From the NCBI GenBank assembly GCA_036172245.1, contig JAYWIR010000156.1, positions 1-56,883 on the forward strand: a stretch of 56,883 bases of DNA, written 5' to 3'. Both the position numbers and the translations under genes were made by a program. Of the stretch, positions 11,786 through 23,617 are shown piece by piece (position 1 is the first letter of the stretch; each line of letters opens with the position of its first letter). Origin of the DNA: Raillietiella orientalis. Its lineage: Eukaryota. Under the pieces are notes generated by a model, which was not told where the DNA came from, ran no database searches, and saw only the letters and a program-made list of their open reading frames with translations.

Positions 11786-14450
11786 GTTTGGACCCATTCG
11801 TAGCGAGTGGATGAAGGAGGGAAATATGAAAGTTTTCGTGGCATCTATTTTTTGCCATGGAGCAAGGGTTGCATGGAGCACCTTTGCTACTCTGGTTGGA
11901 ATTTCCTCATCTAGGGAGTCACTCTGGATGGCGTCAAAGCCTACCGATCGCCCAAAGTATTTATACGTGCCGGCATCCGAGAGGGCAGGCATAGGTTCAC
12001 CCGCAACCCGAAATCGTTGCTTGTCGGCAGCACGAGGGGACCGGGCGTCTAGGTGGAGAGAAGCACACTTTTTCGGGTTAATTCTAAGCGCAAGACGGCT
12101 AGCTATCCCACTCGCACAGTCGAGCGTCCGTGGTAAAGTAGCCGGGTCTGCCGTCAAAGGAACGAGATCATCAGCATAGGCCAAGACATTGACGCCTGGA
12201 ATGTTCTGCTTGATTCACACACACAGCGGTTCCAGGGCAATGTTCAACAGGAGGCCAGACAGAGGTCAACCCTGCTTCACGCCCCTGGTGACCGCAATGG
12301 GGTCAGTTAGGTTTCCAGTGGTGACGATCTGGGTGCTGTTTTGAAAGTACATCTGGCAGATAAGCTCTAGGAGGCTATCGCCAGCACCAACACATTGGAG
12401 GGAGGAGAAGAGGTGGGATTGCGAGATTGAGGCAAAGGCGTCCTCCAAGTACAGCCAGTCAACGCACCATGTGCAACGATAACGCCTGCTGTAGTACATC
12501 TGTTGCCTCAGCATGAAATTGTGCTCGAAGACACCATCATAAGGAAGGAAGCCCTTTTGCTGTAGCCCCAATACCCGGATATCTTAGATCCACTACCGCA
12601 TTTGCCGTGCGAGGCGTTTGGAAGAAAGTTTTCGGATGGTGCGACTGATCTCAATCGGGCGAAATTGGGAGAGGTCCTCGAGGTGGGCATCCTGCTATTT
12701 TGGAATGAGGGTCGTGCGCGAGTTTTTCCATTCCGGCGGGATCCGGCGGTGTGCGAAGCAAATGTTGAAGATTGCAGTGAGGCAGCAGAGCTCGGGGTCG
12801 AGGCGGCGGAAAGCCGAGTAAGAGATGCCGTCTGCTCTCGGAGCAGTGTCTTCACATCACCGCAAGCAGCTGGCAATCCCCCTCGGGTCGAAGGGAGATA
12901 TGTCAATCGGCTCATAGTTCACAGAAAGTTCAGAGCTGCAGCTCAGTGGCTGGAACCCGGGCGTAGCCGCAAAGAGATGGGCGAAGTACGCCTGCGTTCC
13001 TTGCCGGTCAACATGACACTTAATCGGGGGACCATCCAGTATAAACGGTATTGTTCGGAGGCGGTTCTGATTGTACATCCTTTGGAGGGATCCAGGTGAC
13101 GTACTCGAGGGCCTCGCGTGTATCGTGGGCACAGAAAAGAAGCCTAGTCCATTAGCATCTCTGATTGTGCCATAGGAATAGCTAAGTGCACGAATAGAGA
13201 GGCCTCATCTGTCCACAGTTGGTGGGTGAGCCCCAATGTCTTCCACGAGTCTGTTTCTCTGAGGGGATCCGACCTCCTTCTCCTGAGCTCCCTTTGGCTC
13301 CCAGAGGCAGGTCACTGACGGGAAGGCGTTGCATGGCGAGCAGGGACAGCGTTGCTGTCGGGTGAACCTGTAAACTCTCCAATGTCCTCTTCCACCAGGA
13401 CAGCAAATCGAGAGTCGGGGGCAGGAATGGGAAGGCGGGTGGATTCACGCTCACTCGAGGTGATACTCATGTACGAATGGCCGGAACCAAGGGGCAGGGC
13501 TCCCAAGGCACTAGTAGTGCGTCTCCGACGGTTCGTCACGATCTGCTACTCCTGATTTGATGAGGAATCAGACAGTGGGACAGGCGGATCGCTCGTCTTG
13601 GAGTGTGCGAGGTGTCCTGCGGGAGCGAACGGACTGGTAACCGCGAGGGATACGCGGCTTGACGGTTCACTCTCAGAGGTGCTGAGGGTGCTTTTTGCCC
13701 TCGTAAGCCCTGCGTGTATCGCCTCTTCTCAGCCCTGCCCTGCGAATCATGACACAGTGCATGGTTTGAGAGAGCTTTGCGATTCAAGAGGTGTCTATCG
13801 CAGTTTCGCTCCGGGCAGGGGAATGGCGCCAGCTCAACGAACCGGATAGCTCGGGGACCGCAGCGGTGCCTCCAGACGCGAATTGGCACGTGCTCATTGC
13901 ACCGCCCACACACTCCGCCCACTCACCGTTATCCAAGGCGCCATCCTGAGGTGTCGGAGCAGCGACCCTTTGGTAGATTTGGCTTGCTGTGTTGTGGTCT
14001 TCCATCTACCTCGTGGAAGTGGGCAGGGCATGCTGGTGCTGGTTGGGAGGTATACCAGGAAAACGTCATCCTCAGTGAGGACCGACGGTGCAGCAGGTGT
14101 CGGTTGTCAACTAGTAGACGAGGAGGCGGTCTCTATCTCGGAAGGCAAAGGCGGTTCATTCACTCTCCGTGTGATCGGGATCGGATTCTCATGTGCTAAG
14201 GAGCGAGGACGCGGTGGTAATCTCCTTGGTGCACGCTCACTGGGTCGAAGATCTGAGTCTCGCATTACCAACTGTTTATTACGCGCCTGGGAGAGCCGCA
14301 TTTGACGTTGTAGCCGAGGGATGACCGGGCGCTGTTGTCTGCCTTTGGGATTTTTTCGCTCGACAGCACGAACATATGAGGGATGCACAGGACGAGCGGG
14401 TGGAGGAGAACGACGCACCAGTATTGTGGCTGAATCCCTCGGGGAGGTTT
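11786..14450 (-). mobile_element. Utopia/NeSL-like element copy U3 (N-terminus to RT thumb)
   Basis: LAYADDLVPL, INPKKCASLHL, LAPWQKIDATKTFIFP (ORF 11753..12184); QKGFLPYDGVFEHNF, GVKQG; zinc finger CPERNCDRHLLNRKALSNH. Confidence 0.88.
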
Positions 14451-14465
14451 GCTCAAGGAGTAACT

Positions 14466-16438
14466 TTATTGTAACCAAGCTTCACAGTGAATTCAGTGAA
14501 AGAAAACTGGTACAATGCTCGCACAATTCGATCCGTACACTAGGTGGAAACATAGAGAGGACCAGCGTGATGCTGATCTTTTCATGGGGACAAGATAGAT
14601 GTCTTAATTTCTTGGCCACGCGATTTTAGCGGGCAGGAATTTGCCTTTATTTCTCACGTAGCCAAGGGGTTACAAAGGTAATGAAAGAGTGTTTTGCGAC
14701 TCCGATGGTGCTAACACAACGTGGGTGCGAGCCGTTTGAAAAGTTCTTTTGACTTTACAGAGCGCAAGAGTTCGTGAAGTCCGTCCGTGCGTTTTTCCTC
14801 AGCCGACCTTCGCCTTTATTTCTCGCACGGTGCGGACTGACGTCATGGCACTCAGTGAGACTCATTTTCTATGTTTTTAGTGATGGGGATCATTCGGGAA
14901 AAAGACTGTACTCGTTTCATAGGCGTTTTATCCTTAGCTGTGTTTTGGGCGAAGTCCGTCCTTAAAGCTGGATTTAGTCCTGAAAGGCTGCACGGCACCA
15001 AGGAACGAACAGGGCTGTGTTTGCACTTCCGGTTGGGTGGGATGACACGTGGCTGGCGTAAATGTTGCTGGCTGCTCGGATCACTGAGCACACGAGCTTA
15101 CGGTGAATCGCCTTTATTTCGTGATTGCTCAGGCCCAGGCAGCTTAGAAGTGAGTCATTCTTTGGGTAACAGCTGCCTAGAGAAATTTTGGTGCCTCCAA
15201 AATTCTGGCATCGCTGGACTGGATGTCGGCTTCAAGCGCATCGCTGTGAATGGCATCGAACCCGACTGGCTTCCTGAAGTAGCTGTAGGTGCTGACGTCC
15301 GTGAGGGCGGGCAAGAGCTCACCCTCCTCTCGGAAACGTTGGCGTCTCACCTTTCTTAAGGTTCCGCGGTCGTATTGGAACGATGCCCATTTCCTGGCAT
15401 TTATCGACAGACCTAGTCGAGAGGCCATTGCGCAGGCACAGTCGAGCGCTTTCTGAAGGTCCGTTGCATCTTTTGTCAGGATGACTAAGTCGTCCGCATA
15501 GGCCAATAGGTTGGTCTCAGGCACCTGGCTTTTGGTGCACATGCACAAGGGTTCCATCGTGATGTTAAAAAGCAAGCCTGAGAGAGTCTGTATCCATCGT
15601 TTCCTTCCGGTTTTCGAAGGGGATGCATACATCCACGATGATCATGTGTTGTCCATCGGATGCGACCACATCAGGACGCAGGCTGCTATCAATAAATGAC
15701 TCTGTTCTATTGACAGAGAAGTGGCCCCATTTCGGTCGAGGAGAACCTTTGCTTGAGTCCCCTTTCGAGAGAAATGGGTGCTGACAGTGCTTCTTTGGCG
15801 ACGATTCGGGTGGTGTTCCCGGGTACATTTGTCAGACGAGCACCAGCGTTCGCGCTCTGCAGAGTGCTTAATAGCTGCGAATGAGGGATCGTTGCAAAGG
15901 CATCTTTCAAGTCGATTCAAGCTATATTTTGCGGCTGGTGGTGGCGCTTACAATAATCCATCTGGTTCCTGAACATGAAATCATGCTCCAGAACAGCGTC
16001 ATACGGAAGGAAGCCCTTCTGGTGCGGGCCAAGTATCCGATTCGCCGAAATCCAGTCGCGAAGTCTTCTGGATAGGCATTTGGCGAAAATCTTGCCAATA
16101 GTCCTGCTGATGGCTATCGGCCGAAAGTGCGCGAGGTCTTCCCTCCGTAGCGCAGAGCTCTTGGGTATCAGGGTCGTCCTCGACTCTCTCCATTCGTGGG
16201 GAATTCGGCGGGGCAACAGACAGATATTGAAGATTGCTTTCAGAAACCGACACTCTGGGTCAAGTTCCTGGAAGGCCGAATATTGGGTGCCATCCGAACC
16301 GGAGGCCGTATCTTCGCATTGGCGGAGACAGTTCGCGATCTCTCGGACGTCAAGGGGGGACATATCCACCTGTGCTTGTGTCGATCCGTCCACCGGGTCC
16401 CATGCTACGGGGTGAAAATCGGGACGTGCTTCAAACAT
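14466..16438 (-). mobile_element. Utopia/NeSL-like element copy U4 (internally deleted)
   Basis: FRPIAISRTIGKIFAKCL and QKGFLPYDAVLEH (ORF 15917..16438); LLAYADDLVIL (ORF 15177..15632); RLE C-terminal remnant; the 3' end TTTATTGTAACC follows GGAGTAAC. Confidence 0.88.
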
Positions 16439-17075
16439 AATACTGTACGATGCTCTCAGGGGGTGTCTGGCATTGCACTTGGTTACCGTCTAATATGTAC
16501 TTCCTCTACAGCTGGATCAGGTCTTGATAGGCGGCGCGGCACCACGGGACGGTCGGTGTTACGCTGATCTTGTCCGTCTTGGATGAGACGTGGTCGGCGT
16601 AGATATTCCTAGCTGTACGGATCACACAGAACACACAAGCTTAGGGCGAATCGCCTTTATTTCGTGGCTGCTCAGACCCATGCAGCTGAGGACCGAGTCG
16701 TTCTTGGGGTGCCAGCTGCCTAACGATCCAATCACAAAGGCTTCAACTTTGACGTTGTAGTCCTGTTTGTCGTATCTCCTGCGGAGCTCGGCATATTTTG
16801 CGAACTTGAGTTTTCTCGCTGTATCCATCGTTTCCTTCCGGTTTTCGAAGGGGATGCATACATCCACGATGATCATGTGTTGTCCATCGGATGCGACCAC
16901 ATCAGGACGCAGGCTGCTATCAATAAATGACTCTGTTCTATTGACAGAGAAGTGGCCCCATTTCGGTCGAGGAGAACGCTCTTGCATGGCTAAGACGGCA
17001 TTATGCCTGGCTGTGATTGCTGTTCCCAGATGTTTGGTGCAATGCCATAACACATGGGACAGTGTTTCCTTCGGG
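16439..17075 (-). mobile_element. Utopia/NeSL-like element 3' fragment U5 (RLE endonuclease plus 3' UTR)
   Basis: ORF 16622..17053 RHNAVL...LRPDVVASDGQHMIIVDVCIPFENRKE..RKLKFAKY...FVIGSLGSW is a PD-(D/E)xK RLE domain. Confidence 0.9.
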
Positions 17076-17079
17076 TAAG

Positions 17080-19160
17080 GGCAGTGATGAAGGAGATGGG
17101 AGGGCTCCCTTCCGGCGAACTGTCTTCGCGTTTTATCTTCTGTCTTATGTCGAAGGGGCCATCGCTACGGTGGCGACGTAGTGGGGCCGTGCGCTACGCG
17201 CTCGCGGGAGCGGGGAATGTAGCCGGCAGTTCATTCTTTCCAAGCGGTTTGTTGGCGTTCCTTCCGACTTCATCTTCAGCTTCTCGGTGTGGTGCCCTCG
17301 CGCATACGCTGGTTAACGCGCGTGAGGGCCCATCTCCGCTGGAGTTTTCTTGATCTCTCATATAAAGGGCATCATAACGGGAGCTGAGGGCGAGGGAGAG
17401 ATTCCTTCCTGGGAGGCCGTTTTCACGTGCTATCCTCTGTTTGCAGGTATTGGTGCCGTTGCTGCGGTAGCGCCGTGAAGGTACCGTGTGCCACTCGTTC
17501 GCGTGGTCGAAACTTGTTGAGAGGACCTCTTCTCGTGCGCGTGACTCAGGGGGGCTCGGCTGCGGATCGGTTCGATACGCATTCTCAGCCGTTTGTTGGC
17601 CCCGAAGACCACGCGTGTATCTTCTCTCAAAGGTCCTGTTGATGGCGTCTTGCCAAGGGGAGTGGTTCGCCACGGCCTTCTTGTTGAAGAAGGTGTGCCC
17701 ACAGTTCCGTTGCGAGCATAGAAGCGGGGCAGGTGGCGCGATCGGAGCAATCCTGCGCGCACATCGGTGGCGCCAGACTGGGTTCGGGATTGGTACATCA
17801 CACTTTCTGCACACTAGATGCACATCTTGCACGGGTATCCAGTGGGATATCCTAATGTGGGGCTTCAATGATCCGACTGTGCTCTTGGTCTGATGTGTCG
17901 AGGTGCTCCATCTGCACCTTGGTAGAGGGCAGGCTAAACAGTTTGACGTAGGGTAGTATACAATCAGCACGTCGTCTTGCGTCAACGTGGATTCTACGCA
18001 GTCAGGTGTTCGCGGCGCCAAGGGTGCGCGGTAGAGTGTTATCAGCCGAGCGCGGCCTTCTCGCTGCGGTTCTATTTGCTTAGAGTAAGCACTTACTACC
18101 GTTCCTCGAACGGGAGACTCTTTCTGCCACCGTTGGCTCCTGCTCTTGGTCGGTGGAGACTTCTCTGGCGCGGCTTCTTTCTCTTCGCGGCTACTTCCTC
18201 CACTACCGTCTCAGGTCGTAGGCACAATCGCTACGGTGGCGACGTAAGGGGACCGTACGCCACTCGCTCGCGTGGTCGGGGGATGTCTCCAGGAGACCTT
18301 CCCCTGCGTATGACTCAGGGTTGAGCGACTGCGGAGATGTTTGGCACGCGTTTTTAACTGTTTGCTGGCCCTGAAGGCCACGTGTGTATCTTCTTTCTAA
18401 GGTTTTATCGATGACGTCGTGCCAACGGGTGTGGTTCGCTAAGGCCTTCCGGTTGAGGAAGCTCTGCCCACAATTTCGTTCCGGGCAGAAGAGTGGGGCC
18501 GGTGGCGCGATTGGCGTAGTCTTGGGCCCGCATCGATGGCGCCAGACCGGGTTGGCAATTCGCTCGTCACATTTTCTGCCCACAAGGTGCGCGTCCTGCA
18601 CAACTATCCAATGGGATGTTCCGATGTGGCGCTCCAACGATCCAACCGTGCTCTTTGTTTGCTCCATTGAAGTGCTCCATCTACATCTTGGTAGTGGGCA
18701 GGCTAAGCAGTTTGGCGCGGGGTAATACACGATTGATACATCGTCTTGCGTTAACATAGAATTCACGCAGTCGGATGTTCGGGGAATGGAAGGTGCAAAT
18801 TCGAGTGTTTCCGGCCGGCCGTGGCCTTCTCGTTGTGAATTCGGGCTAAGAAAAGGACTTACTACACGTTCCTCGCCCGGGAGTTCCTTTCCGCCGACGT
18901 TGGCTCCTGTTTTCGTCCGGTGGGGACTTCTCTGGTGCAGTCTATTTCTCTTCGCGGGTCTTCCCTCCAATGAGCGGACGTACGCCGGGTGGACGAGGGG
19001 GGCGAGGGGGGAGAACGGGGAACAACCACCGCAATTGTTTCCACCATGGAAAGTTGGTCTAGCATATCCAATCCGATTTGCGTTGGCGACGCAACTGTAA
19101 GGGTTGAGTGGCTGGAGCCACACGGGTAGCGAATTCGAACATCTTTTACCACAGGGGAAC
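17080..19160 (-). mobile_element. Tandem N-terminal zinc-finger fragments of the Utopia/NeSL-like family
   Basis: ORFs 17194..18021 and 18203..19123 each carry CPLPRC..H..H, CRKC..HRC (second C-x2-C degenerate in one copy) and C..RNC..NH..WH fingers homologous to ORF 39089..41188. The copies join near 18203. Confidence 0.85.
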
Positions 19161-19775
19161 TTTTAAGGAAGCCAAATTCCTCGTCATCTAATTGCTGACG
19201 CCCATAAGTGGATTAACGAGATTCCCACTGTCCCACCCTACGATCTGGCGAAACCACAGCCAAGAGAATGGGCTTGGAAAAAACAGCAGGGAAGGAAGAC
19301 CCTGTTGACCTTGATTCTAATGTGGCATTGTGCAGAGACATGAGAGGTGTGGCATACGTATGAAGCTTTCCCGCTGGCCGTCTCCGTTTGTAGCCGCTGT
19401 CCGCTCCCTCGCTCCATCCGCGGCAGTCCGCCTCCGGGCGGGGCCTAGATGCTGCCACCGCCCCGTATAGTGTGGTAGGGCTCGCCTCGGTGGCTTGGTC
19501 GCGCTCTCTCTGGGCGCGCAGGCGCCGCGCAGTTTCCTTTTCCCCGGAGCGTGAGTGGTCGAGAGGCGGCGTGGCGGCGCCACGTCGTCCGTTTCGGTCG
19601 TGATCGTCCGACGGTGAAATACCACTCCTTTTATCGTTTCTTCACCAACTCGGTGAGTCGGAGAGCGAGCAGTGCTTCCTGACGTCGCCATGACGGCGGA
19701 CCGGTTCCCGTTTCTGGAACCGAGCGCAGGTGCCGAGCACCCGACCCATTCGATCGTCCCGATTGCCCCCGCGCT
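19161..19775 (+). rRNA. Degenerate 28S rRNA gene fragment starting at the R2 site
   Basis: TTAAGGAAGCCAAATTCCTCGTCATCTAATT...GGATTAACGAGATTCCCACTGTCCC...GAAGACCCTGTTGA...GGTGAAATACCACT, plus GC-rich expansion segments. Right edge approximate. Confidence 0.92.
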
Positions 19776-19779
19776 GTCC

Positions 19780-20275
19780 GAATTAGTCGCTCCAAGCCGC
19801 GGATAGAGAGAGCGACCATCTTGCGGTTTGCTTCGCGAATGGTCCTGTGGGCTATCTCAATGGAGATGTGGCCATATTCGGTCGACCATCTCAGTGTAAG
19901 CCTTTTTGAGGCTTCGCGGGCACGAGAATAATAATCAGCAGGATCTCCAGAGGGATGATTGAATGGGGAATCAGTGATTCCGCGAAGATAGCCAAAAATA
20001 TGGGCAGTTGTAGGCTTTTGTCGCACTTACCTGCGCACAGTTCCCTTTAAGGAAGCCTAAGCCATTCCTCGGATCACATGATCCGGGCAGGATAACGGTT
20101 TGAAGGCGGAGTCCATCGCCATAATATCGGCTTTCTCTGCTGGTAATACAGTTTCCAAACTGCCTCTTGATATTGTACCATACATGTACTCATATTTCCT
20201 TGTTTCTTCAGGATTGGCTTGACACCTTATTGGAAGACCATCTAGAATCAGACGAATAGCTGTACGGGGATTCCT
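19780..20275 (-). mobile_element. Utopia/NeSL-like thumb/linker scraps
   Basis: ADIMAMDSAFKPLSCPD, YYSRAREASKRL and RTAIRLILDG match the U1/U2 translations. Confidence 0.8.
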
Positions 20276-20560
20276 GGTGTGAGGCCACGTTATTGACCTG
20301 GGAGACATACTTTAAGTCTGAGGTTTGTTCACGGGGAGGCCATATGGTCGTAGCCGGAAGGTTGTCCGTATTTTGTCGTGTGCATAGTATGTTAGGGAAG
20401 CCGTACGACTATGTCGAAGCGCAGCTGGGAACCCAAGAGGAGGCCACTGGAGGGAGCATTTTGGGATGAAGCGTATGGAATGGTATACGAAAACAAGGTT
20501 GATTGAGACGTGAACCGTAAGTGGAGGATATGAGCAGTGCCAGTCGGTCACGCCGGGGCC

Positions 20561-23500
20561 TTCTTTGCGAAAGTTCGTAAATATGCGGTACTTGACCCCG
20601 CTACAGCCTATAGATCGTGGGGTCTAAAGGGAAGCCGCTGTGCAAATTGGCTTGACTCTCTTCGGCAGCGGAGGGGATTAAACAGAAAATTAAAATACAA
20701 ATAAAAAAGAATACAAAAAAAAATATACACTTGGGTTGGCTGGGAAGTGATCAGTGTCCGCTGGAAAAAGACAATATCCTTTCCAGGATGCCCTAGATGT
20801 CCCTCTGCAAAGCTTCCAGATGGGCATACTTGCTAATTCCCGCATGTCCCACAAGAAATGGGGTAGTTTCTATTTCCACTTGGATTGCTTTTCACCTCCA
20901 TTTTGTAGTATTTTCGCGAAATTTCTACACTTTTTGGTGCGTTCCTCACTGTCGATTCACGGACTTCATCCTCAATCCTCTTCAAGATGTATCGGCCCGT
21001 CCAAGCCTGGACTCTGCCGCACCTTCTAATGCCTATGTCCCTCTGGATGAGATCTTGCAAGATCTTCTTCGGGGATTCAACTTTTCTACCTTTCCTCCTC
21101 TTCCACCACCGCACTATAATCGCGGCGATGAAGAGGGCGATGGTTGTTCTCACCATAGGATTGTAGGACGTAACACTACCGGTCCCGTGGAACATCCCAG
21201 GAGGAATTTCCATTTACCGTTAGTCCCACGAAAAGTGGGATGAATTTAATGATCCCTTTTCCAATCACGTTACATTGGCTCAATCATTTACTAGGCACAT
21301 CGCTGCTTTCACCGTTCAATCCGTTTCTACAATTATAGAACGTTGGTTGACGTCATTGCCAGGGCGTCGTCTTTAATCCTCTTCCGGATATAGCGGTACG
21401 TCCAGGCCAGTAATCGTCCACAGTTCCTGATGCCAATTTCCTTTTGGATTAACCCTTTCAGGATTTCCATCGGAAAAGCGGTGATCTTTGGGACTTTCAT
21501 CTTCCACCACCGCACGAGTATAGCGTTGATGAAAAGGGCAATGGTCATCTTTACCATGGGATTCTCGCAGGGAACATTTCCATCTCAATAGAACATTTCG
21601 GTTAGCATTTCCGTTACCGAACTGGTTGTACGTCCTCATAATCCTTTTCAGGATCAGTCAGTTGCGGAGAGATGTGGGACAGATCAAGACCTGTAGTCTC
21701 GAATCAATGTCTCCATATGCCATGCAGTATTCGTTTTCACGTCTTCCCGTGTAGTACTTCATTCTGGACCTGCTCAGGATTCCTTCGTGGAAGAACATCA
21801 GGAGGTTGTCCAGAGTGACCAACTGTAGGTCACTCCTCCAGAGAGTCGTGCCGATCGCTAACAGGTTGATACTGTCGCTCCCGTAGCGATGGGCAGCTTC
21901 CTGGTGGGCACTGGTGTCTCTTTAGCCAGATTTTGGAGTTTCTGCTTCTTCACCTTGGAGGAGACAAAGTCCGTGTGCTTTTTACAATTCGCGTGTCCTA
22001 TAGGTGAATCTTCCCAGCATCATCTCTATATGCTAAAGTATGCGAGTGTGATGTAGGTATCCCCCTCTTCACAATTTCTGGATTGCTTGAATGGTAACTC
22101 TTGGCCACTGATATGTCCAGCTTCAGGTGTGCGAGTGCACCTGAAGCATCCAAGGGTTTCACAGGATGGATTCCACTTGCCGGAGTTCCGTACTTCTGGA
22201 AACGATCTTCAGTTGGTGCTTCCGCATCAGTTGTTGTTTCCTATTCCAGCTGGGGTCTATGCTGATCCATTCCCCTACTCGGCCTTGCAATGCCGTCATC
22301 AGGCCTTTATAGTTTTTTATCAAAATCGAGGAAGCCCTATGAGCTGCATAGTGCCAGTCATCCTAGTGGGCACCGATGTCCAGGATGTGTTGCCTATTTA
22401 TTGTTTCTATGGAATGTGCAAGCAACTTTATCTCGGAACTGCCCTGCTCCTTAGGACGACAAAGGCGTTTTAATCTCACTTTTAGTCGATATATTCCCCA
22501 TAAGGTCTTGCGTTTCAGGTTTTCAAATTCCTTTATGGAATTTCGGTTGTTTCTGGCAAAGCTCGCTTCAAAGAGTATCGTAGGAAGGAGTATTCCGAAC
22601 CAAAGGTTTTCCTTCTTCTTACTAAAGTCCACTGTGGTGTATTTTGCTGCTTTGTCCGCTGTTTTTTCTAGGATTTGTGTCCACAATAGTTTTGACGCCG
22701 TCTAGTCAATGATGTGGACTCTTATGTACTTGGCATTTCTAACCGTTCGAAATCTTCTTCCGGTGAGAGCAGAGATCTCCAGGGTTCCTACAGGTAAAAG
22801 TTGGCTTTCCTGTGCGTTGATCCTCAACCCCATCCTCTCTTCATACAGCTCCACCATATCCAGGAACGCATATCGATCTCGTTCTCCCTTGATAAAGAAC
22901 AGGAAATCGTCCCCGTATGCAAGATGGGTGAGCTTCTGGTCATCAATTCTTGGTGGAGACCGCGCCAGAGAAGTCTCCGGTCCCCTTACGTCGCCACCGT
23001 AGCGATTGTGTCTACGACCTGAGACGGTAGTGGAAGAAGTAGCCGCGAAGAGAAAGAAGCCGCGCCAGAGAAGCTTCTTTCTCTTCGCGGCTACTTTGGT
23101 GATTCCTTGGAGGCCTCCGTTTTTTTCTAAGATGGAAGATAGCGCCTCCGTGTAGATGGCAAACAGCATTGGACTTTGCGAGTTGCTCTGGCGGACTCCT
23201 TGTTCCATCTAAATGGATGCCGACTTTCCTTTATTAATCTTGATACGGAAGTACTGTTTCTGGAGTACCATCTCCACGAAGTTGCCGAAGTATTCCGAAA
23301 GGCCCAGATTTTCCAGAATCTCCAGCAGCTCCTCATGGTCGATGGTATGAGAAGCTTTCTCCATGTCGGTGAATTCCGGCATCAGGTTGTCGTCGATATG
23401 TCGACTTAGTCCCTTGATGGCCTCGGAGCATTAGTCATTGACCCACAAGCGGCGTCCGGGCACCGCACATGTCTGGACCGGAGAAATGAGTTTTGTCATG

Positions 23501-23590
23501 AGTCTGCCTACGCGGCTGGCCCAAATCTTTGCCAACCACTTGGCATAATAGTTGAGGACTGAGATTGGCCTCCATGGAGAGAGGTGCGTT
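20561..23590 (-). mobile_element. Tx1/L1-clade non-LTR retrotransposon T1 (RT to 3' end, decayed, duplicated C-terminus)
   Basis: WRPISVLN, DMEKAF, GVRQSNSQSPMLF, LAYGDDF, GLRINAQES. Two related C-termini (ORFs 20833..21213 and 21333..21557). U-rich 3' UTR at ~20680-20730. Confidence 0.85.
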
Positions 23591-23617
23591 AGGTTTTTCA
23601 CGCGGGTGAGCCGGGGC

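Noticed and set aside
3964..19160. Canonical R2 element
   Set aside because: Opposite orientation to 28S, junction ~15 nt upstream of the R2 cut, no Myb domain seen, and Utopia-like motifs.
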